From a virus, in IMG/VR virus record IMGVR_UViG_3300047323_000675: DNA of 64,000 nt, one strand, 5' to 3'. Below the pieces are notes generated by a model. It was given only the letters and a program-made list of their open reading frames with translations, did no database searches and was not told the origin of the DNA. Both the position numbers and the translations under genes were made by a program. The number at the start of each line of letters is the position of its first letter. Position 1 is the stretch's first letter. Positions 59,719 through 64,000 of this stretch are shown piece after piece.

Positions 59719-60234
59719 TTATAATTTATGTTTTCGTTGTTGTTCTTTTATATCTAAAGAATCACTTAATTCTTTATTTAAGTCTCGCAAATCAAACCAA
59801 TGTTTTATTTTTTTTATTAATACATCATAGTCACTACCATGCTTATGATGATTTTTATAATTTTCAATCCAATCAATTTTGTTTATTTTTAAATCAAATA
59901 TAAAATATTTTATTATATTTTCAGAAAAATTATTATATGCATAACCAAAAAAATTATTGCGTCCACTAAATGCATCAAATGGTTTTTCTATATCAGCTTG
60001 TATATTAATTTCTTTATTTAAGTTTAATAGTAATTTAAGGGCATCTACCTGATCAAATATGCAAGTGAAATCAATTAAATTATTTGTAATACTAGGATGA
60101 TAAATTAACTGTGGTGAAGTTAATAAGTATTTTATAGTATCAATTTCACCATGTTTACATGCATCAATAATTACATCATCTAATTTTTGATTAGACATAT
60201 CTTTAAATTTCAGATGTAATTTTACATTTTCCAT
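59719..60234 (-). CDS. Ankyrin-repeat protein (array gene 7)
   Basis: ACKHGEIDTIKYLLTSP; tail RKHKL. Confidence 0.85.
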   Translation of the reverse strand: MENVKLHLKFKDMSNQKLDDVIIDACKHGEIDTIKYLLTSPQLIYHPSITNNLIDFTCIFDQVDALKLLLNLNKEINIQADIEKPFDAFSGRNNFFGYAYNNFSENIIKYFIFDLKINKIDWIENYKNHHKHGSDYDVLIKKIKHWFDLRDLNKELSDSLDIKEQQRKHKL

Positions 60235-60252
60235 ATTGTTAAAATTTAATTT

Positions 60253-60858
60253 TTATAATTTAGGCTTTTTTTGTGATTCATTAATATCTAAGGATTCATT
60301 TAATTCCTTATTTAAGTCTCGTAAATTAAACCATGAAGTGATTTTTTCATCAGGGTGGTTTGTTAAAAATTCATTAATATTATTTGTTTTTTCAATATTG
60401 AGATCAAAAATCAAACAATTAACTATGTCGTATACTTTATATTGAGTGCAATAAATAAATGTTTCATCATTGTTGATATGAATATCAGGCTTGTTAATTA
60501 CTTCAGGAGAACCTAATAAATATTTAATTATTTCAACTCTATTGTTATCGTATGCTGAATATATGAATATATTATCAGGGTGTTGAGGGCAAGCATGTTC
60601 TTTTATTTCTGGAGAAGCTACTAAATATTTTACAATATCTAAATGGCCAAATTTACATGCATTTCGTAAAGGCTCATCCTCATCTGCATGAATGTCAGCA
60701 TGAAGTTTAAGTTCGGGAGAAGTCAAGCAAAATTTAACCACATCTAATTCATTATTAATACAAGCTAGAATTAGAGCATGGTTAATAGAATGTTGGTTAT
60801 TAAAGTTAATGCCTCTTTTCTTTAACTTTTGTATTAGTAAATCTGATTCATCGGACAT
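60253..60858 (-). CDS. Ankyrin-repeat protein (array gene 6)
   Basis: ACKFGHLDIVKYL; tail KKPKL. Confidence 0.9.
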   Translation of the reverse strand: MSDESDLLIQKLKKRGINFNNQHSINHALILACINNELDVVKFCLTSPELKLHADIHADEDEPLRNACKFGHLDIVKYLVASPEIKEHACPQHPDNIFIYSAYDNNRVEIIKYLLGSPEVINKPDIHINNDETFIYCTQYKVYDIVNCLIFDLNIEKTNNINEFLTNHPDEKITSWFNLRDLNKELNESLDINESQKKPKL

Positions 60859-60916
60859 AATTATCTCTTAGGAATAGTTATAATTATAATACAAAAAGAT
60901 GGTTAATCAATTTTAA

Positions 60917-61399
60917 TTATAATTTAGGTTTTTTTTGTTGACTATTATTGGTATCTAAATTTTGGATTAATTCTTGATTCAAGTCTCTCAATTCAAACCA
61001 GGAAATAGGTAGTTTATCAGGGTGATTTTTAAAGTAATTATTTACAATTTCAGTTCTTTCAATCTTTAAATCAAAAATAAGAAATTTCAATATCTCCATA
61101 TTCCCATTTGTTATGATGTCACTAAATATATGATTAATATTAGAGTTAATATCAGGATTTTCTTTTAATTCAGATGAAGTAAGCAAAAATTTCATAACAT
61201 TTAAGTGGCCACGACTAGATGCAACTCTTAATGCATAATGTAGATTATTAAGACTATTTAAATGTTTTGACAGTTCATCATTTGTTAATAGATATTTAAC
61301 TAAATCAAAATTACCATTTCTACAAGCAATATCTAAAGACTTTTTAAGATCTTTAGGATTATCATAATGATGTGTTCTGTATATTTCATTAATGGGCAT
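60917..61399 (-). CDS. Ankyrin-repeat protein (array gene 5)
   Basis: ACRNGNFDLVKYLL; tail KKPKL. Confidence 0.9.
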   Translation of the reverse strand: MPINEIYRTHHYDNPKDLKKSLDIACRNGNFDLVKYLLTNDELSKHLNSLNNLHYALRVASSRGHLNVMKFLLTSSELKENPDINSNINHIFSDIITNGNMEILKFLIFDLKIERTEIVNNYFKNHPDKLPISWFELRDLNQELIQNLDTNNSQQKKPKL

Positions 61400-61402
61400 A
61401 TT

Positions 61403-62113
61403 TTAAATTTTTATTTTATTCTGAGGTTGTTTTTGGTTATTTAGATTTAGATCATTATTTAAATTTTGAGCTAAATCGGTTCTGAGTTCTCTAGTTTTAA
61501 ACATAGATTGTACTTGCTGATTATTTGATTCTTTTAAATATTTATCAATCTGTTCAGTTTTTTTTATGAAACAATCAAATATTAAGTAATGAAGCATTTC
61601 ATTTTGTTCATGTACGCAAGCTTGGCGAAATGCGGCATCATCAGCCATATGAATATCAATTTTTTCTTTTAGTTCTTTTGAGTGAAGAAAGAAATCAACA
61701 ATATCTATATGTCCTCCTGAACAAGCAAAGGATAGTGCATTAATTTTATTATCAACTATTTTTGCATGATTTTGTATTTCATTTGATGTCATTAAGTATT
61801 TAACAATATCTAGGTATCCATGAAAAGCTGCAAATAGTATAGGTTCATCATTGTTAGCATGAATGTCCGCATATTGTTTTAAATCAGGAGATGATAGAAG
61901 ATATTTAACTATATCTAAATGTCCTTTTTGGCATGCAACTCTTAATGCTACACTTTTATTATGATTAATTTCTGCATTAACTTTTAATCTAGGTGATGTA
62001 AGTAAAAACTTAACAACATATAATTTTCCAATTTCACAAGCATTGGATAATGAATAATTTAAGTCATCAAGTGGAAAATCTTTAAATCCCTCGTATAATT
62101 CATCTTCGGTCAT
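61403..62113 (-). CDS. Ankyrin-repeat protein (array gene 4)
   Basis: ACQKGHLDIVKYLLSSP; tail NKIKI. Confidence 0.9.
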   Translation of the reverse strand: MTEDELYEGFKDFPLDDLNYSLSNACEIGKLYVVKFLLTSPRLKVNAEINHNKSVALRVACQKGHLDIVKYLLSSPDLKQYADIHANNDEPILFAAFHGYLDIVKYLMTSNEIQNHAKIVDNKINALSFACSGGHIDIVDFFLHSKELKEKIDIHMADDAAFRQACVHEQNEMLHYLIFDCFIKKTEQIDKYLKESNNQQVQSMFKTRELRTDLAQNLNNDLNLNNQKQPQNKIKI

Positions 62114-62637
62114 ATTTTTCTTTCTTTATGCTTATTCTCAGAAATAGTCATTTTTTTATCTAATTCATTATTTAATTCTTTATTTAATTCTTTATTTAAA
62201 CTTCTAGTCGTGAACATTTTCTCAACAAGTTTTTTCATCTCTATGTGATTGTGATTATTAGAAGGACTCAAAATAAAGTCTATATTTTTTGTTCGTTTTA
62301 TGTCGTAATCAAAAATAAGACATGTTAAAACATCAATTTGTTTTCTATAAAAAGCTGATCTAAAAATATCATCTGAAGCAACATGGATATCAGCATGTTC
62401 TTTTAACTCAGGCGAAGTTAATAAATAATTCGCTAATTCAAAATTTTTATAACAAAATGCTGTTCTTAACGGTTGTCCATTTTCACCATGACATAAGGTA
62501 TTAATATCAGCATGAATAGATAACTCGTTGCTAGTCAATAGGTATTTAACTAATTCAAAATCAGAATCTATACATGCATCAATTAAGTATTGGTCTAAAT
62601 CATATTGCAGTAAATTATTGTATTTTTCTTTATTCAT
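62110..62637 (-). CDS. Ankyrin-repeat protein (array gene 3)
   Basis: LVKYLLTSNEL..HADI; tail KERKI. Confidence 0.85.
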   Translation of the reverse strand: MNKEKYNNLLQYDLDQYLIDACIDSDFELVKYLLTSNELSIHADINTLCHGENGQPLRTAFCYKNFELANYLLTSPELKEHADIHVASDDIFRSAFYRKQIDVLTCLIFDYDIKRTKNIDFILSPSNNHNHIEMKKLVEKMFTTRSLNKELNKELNNELDKKMTISENKHKERKI

Positions 62638-62648
62638 GTAGTTAATTT

Positions 62649-63359
62649 TTATAATTTAGGTTTCTTTGTGATTTCATTGTTATCAGGTAAAGAATTGTTT
62701 AGCTGCTTATTTAATTCTCTAAGTTCAAACATATTTTTAGCTTCATTTACTAAGTTTCCGTTAGGATCTTCTAAGTATTTATTAATATCATCAGTTCTAT
62801 CAATGTTAAGGTCATAAATTAAATATTGAAGCGTTTTCATATCGCCAAATTCACATGCTTTTATAAAAATAGAATCTTCATGAATATGTATATTTACGGG
62901 TTCTTTTAAATCTGGTGAATTAAGTAAATAATCAACAATATCTATATTCCCCATTTGAATTGCATATTCCAATGAATGTCTTTTGATATTAGAATGTTCT
63001 TTTAAATCAGGAGAGGTTAATAAATATCTTACAATTTCAAAGTGACCTTCATTACAAGCAATGTTTAGAGTCCAATCATTTTTTGAATGGATATCAGAAT
63101 GTTCTTTTAATTCAGGCGATGAAAGAAGATATTGAATTATGTGTAATTGATTATGTTCACAAGCTTGGTGAAGTGGTTTGTCTTCTTTATAGTGTATGTC
63201 AGCATTATGTCTTAACTCAGGTGATGTCAATAAAAATTTAACTTTATCCAAGTCACCATCTATACATGCATCGAGAAGTGATTCATTTATTTGTTTTTTG
63301 GTAAATTTATGGATTTTAGAGTAAAAGTCTGAATTTTTATGGTTCATATATATTCTCAA
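62649..63359 (-). CDS. Ankyrin-repeat protein (array gene 2)
   Basis: ACNEGHFEIVRYLLTSPDLKEH; tail KKPKL. Confidence 0.9.
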   Translation of the reverse strand: MRIYMNHKNSDFYSKIHKFTKKQINESLLDACIDGDLDKVKFLLTSPELRHNADIHYKEDKPLHQACEHNQLHIIQYLLSSPELKEHSDIHSKNDWTLNIACNEGHFEIVRYLLTSPDLKEHSNIKRHSLEYAIQMGNIDIVDYLLNSPDLKEPVNIHIHEDSIFIKACEFGDMKTLQYLIYDLNIDRTDDINKYLEDPNGNLVNEAKNMFELRELNKQLNNSLPDNNEITKKPKL

Positions 63360-63372
63360 ATATTTTATAAGT

Positions 63373-63984
63373 TTATATTTTAACTTGTTTTTTACTTTTT
63401 TGGTTAGAAACTAAATTATTATCAAGATCTTTTTTTAATTCTACTTTATTAAAACAATTCTCTAAATCTTTAGAAGAGTATTGTGGATAATTAGATAATA
63501 GATGTGAGATATGATCATTTTTCCGTAGTTCAAACTCAGTAATTAAATATTTAAGTGACTTATGAGCACGAGCAAAAAATGCAGAGTGGAAAATATCTTG
63601 GAATTCTTTTTTTAAATTAATTTTACCTTTAAGTTTTGGATGGGTTAAGAGGAACTGAACAACATCTAGACTTTCTGTTGTGCATGCAGTTTGAATAGGA
63701 GTCCCATAGCTTGTATGTTTTGCATTAATATTAGCATGTTCTTGGAGTTTTGGCGATGTTGATAAAAATTTTACTGCGGTTAAATCGCCTTCACTGCATG
63801 CATTAAAAAGAGCAATATCTTTTTTAGTATGTATATCGGCTTTATAATGAAGTTTTTCAGAAGTTAATAAATATTCCATTAGTTCATAATCCCTATGAGC
63901 AAAGGCTTCTAAAAACTCTTTATTGATTTCTTTTTTATTTAAATACTCTAAATATTCAAATCTATTATATGGTCGTCTTGTCAT
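63373..63984 (-). CDS. Ankyrin-repeat protein (first array gene within the window)
   Basis: ACSEGDLTAVKFLSTSPKLQEHANI; tail KKQVKI. Confidence 0.85.
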   Translation of the reverse strand: MTRRPYNRFEYLEYLNKKEINKEFLEAFAHRDYELMEYLLTSEKLHYKADIHTKKDIALFNACSEGDLTAVKFLSTSPKLQEHANINAKHTSYGTPIQTACTTESLDVVQFLLTHPKLKGKINLKKEFQDIFHSAFFARAHKSLKYLITEFELRKNDHISHLLSNYPQYSSKDLENCFNKVELKKDLDNNLVSNQKSKKQVKI

Positions 63985-64000
63985 TTTTTACTTTTTTTTA

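Overview
Very AT-rich window that looks like accessory DNA from a large bacterial replicon. It could be a jumbo phage, a megaplasmid or a protist-associated bacterium; no capsid, terminase, replication or conjugation hallmark gene is present to decide. It uses standard code 11, sigma70-type promoters and many bidirectional intrinsic terminators. Most of the window is tandem paralogue arrays: 11 HRxDGPA beta-repeat genes in two arrays, 9 BspA/DUF285-type LRR genes, 8+ ankyrin genes, and pairs of DUF4116, lipase-3 and R2K ATP-grasp genes. About 44 ORFs, by manual count, end in the same basic C-terminal tail (...K-[ILVM]). Recognisable genes include trxB, a convergent luxI/luxR pair with two lux boxes, a MoxR AAA+/VWA-metallopeptidase pair and an RlmN-like radical SAM enzyme. 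The standout is a minus-strand operon at ~54.1-56.6 kb. It reads: tandem sigma70 promoters, a 44-aa leader ORF missed by the ORF track and containing YYYEREE, a four-segment attenuator (protector/antiterminator/terminator), rrn-like boxB/boxA, and an array of 14 tRNAs for only Tyr (6) and Glu (8) with diversified bodies. The array also holds 2 aberrant tRNA-like genes and a structured non-tRNA element. I infer an inducible back-up tRNA cassette switched on by ribosome stalling when Tyr/Glu tRNAs are depleted, plausibly as a counter to tRNA-cleaving defences. A second candidate ncRNA (~380 nt) lies at 21.2-21.6 kb.
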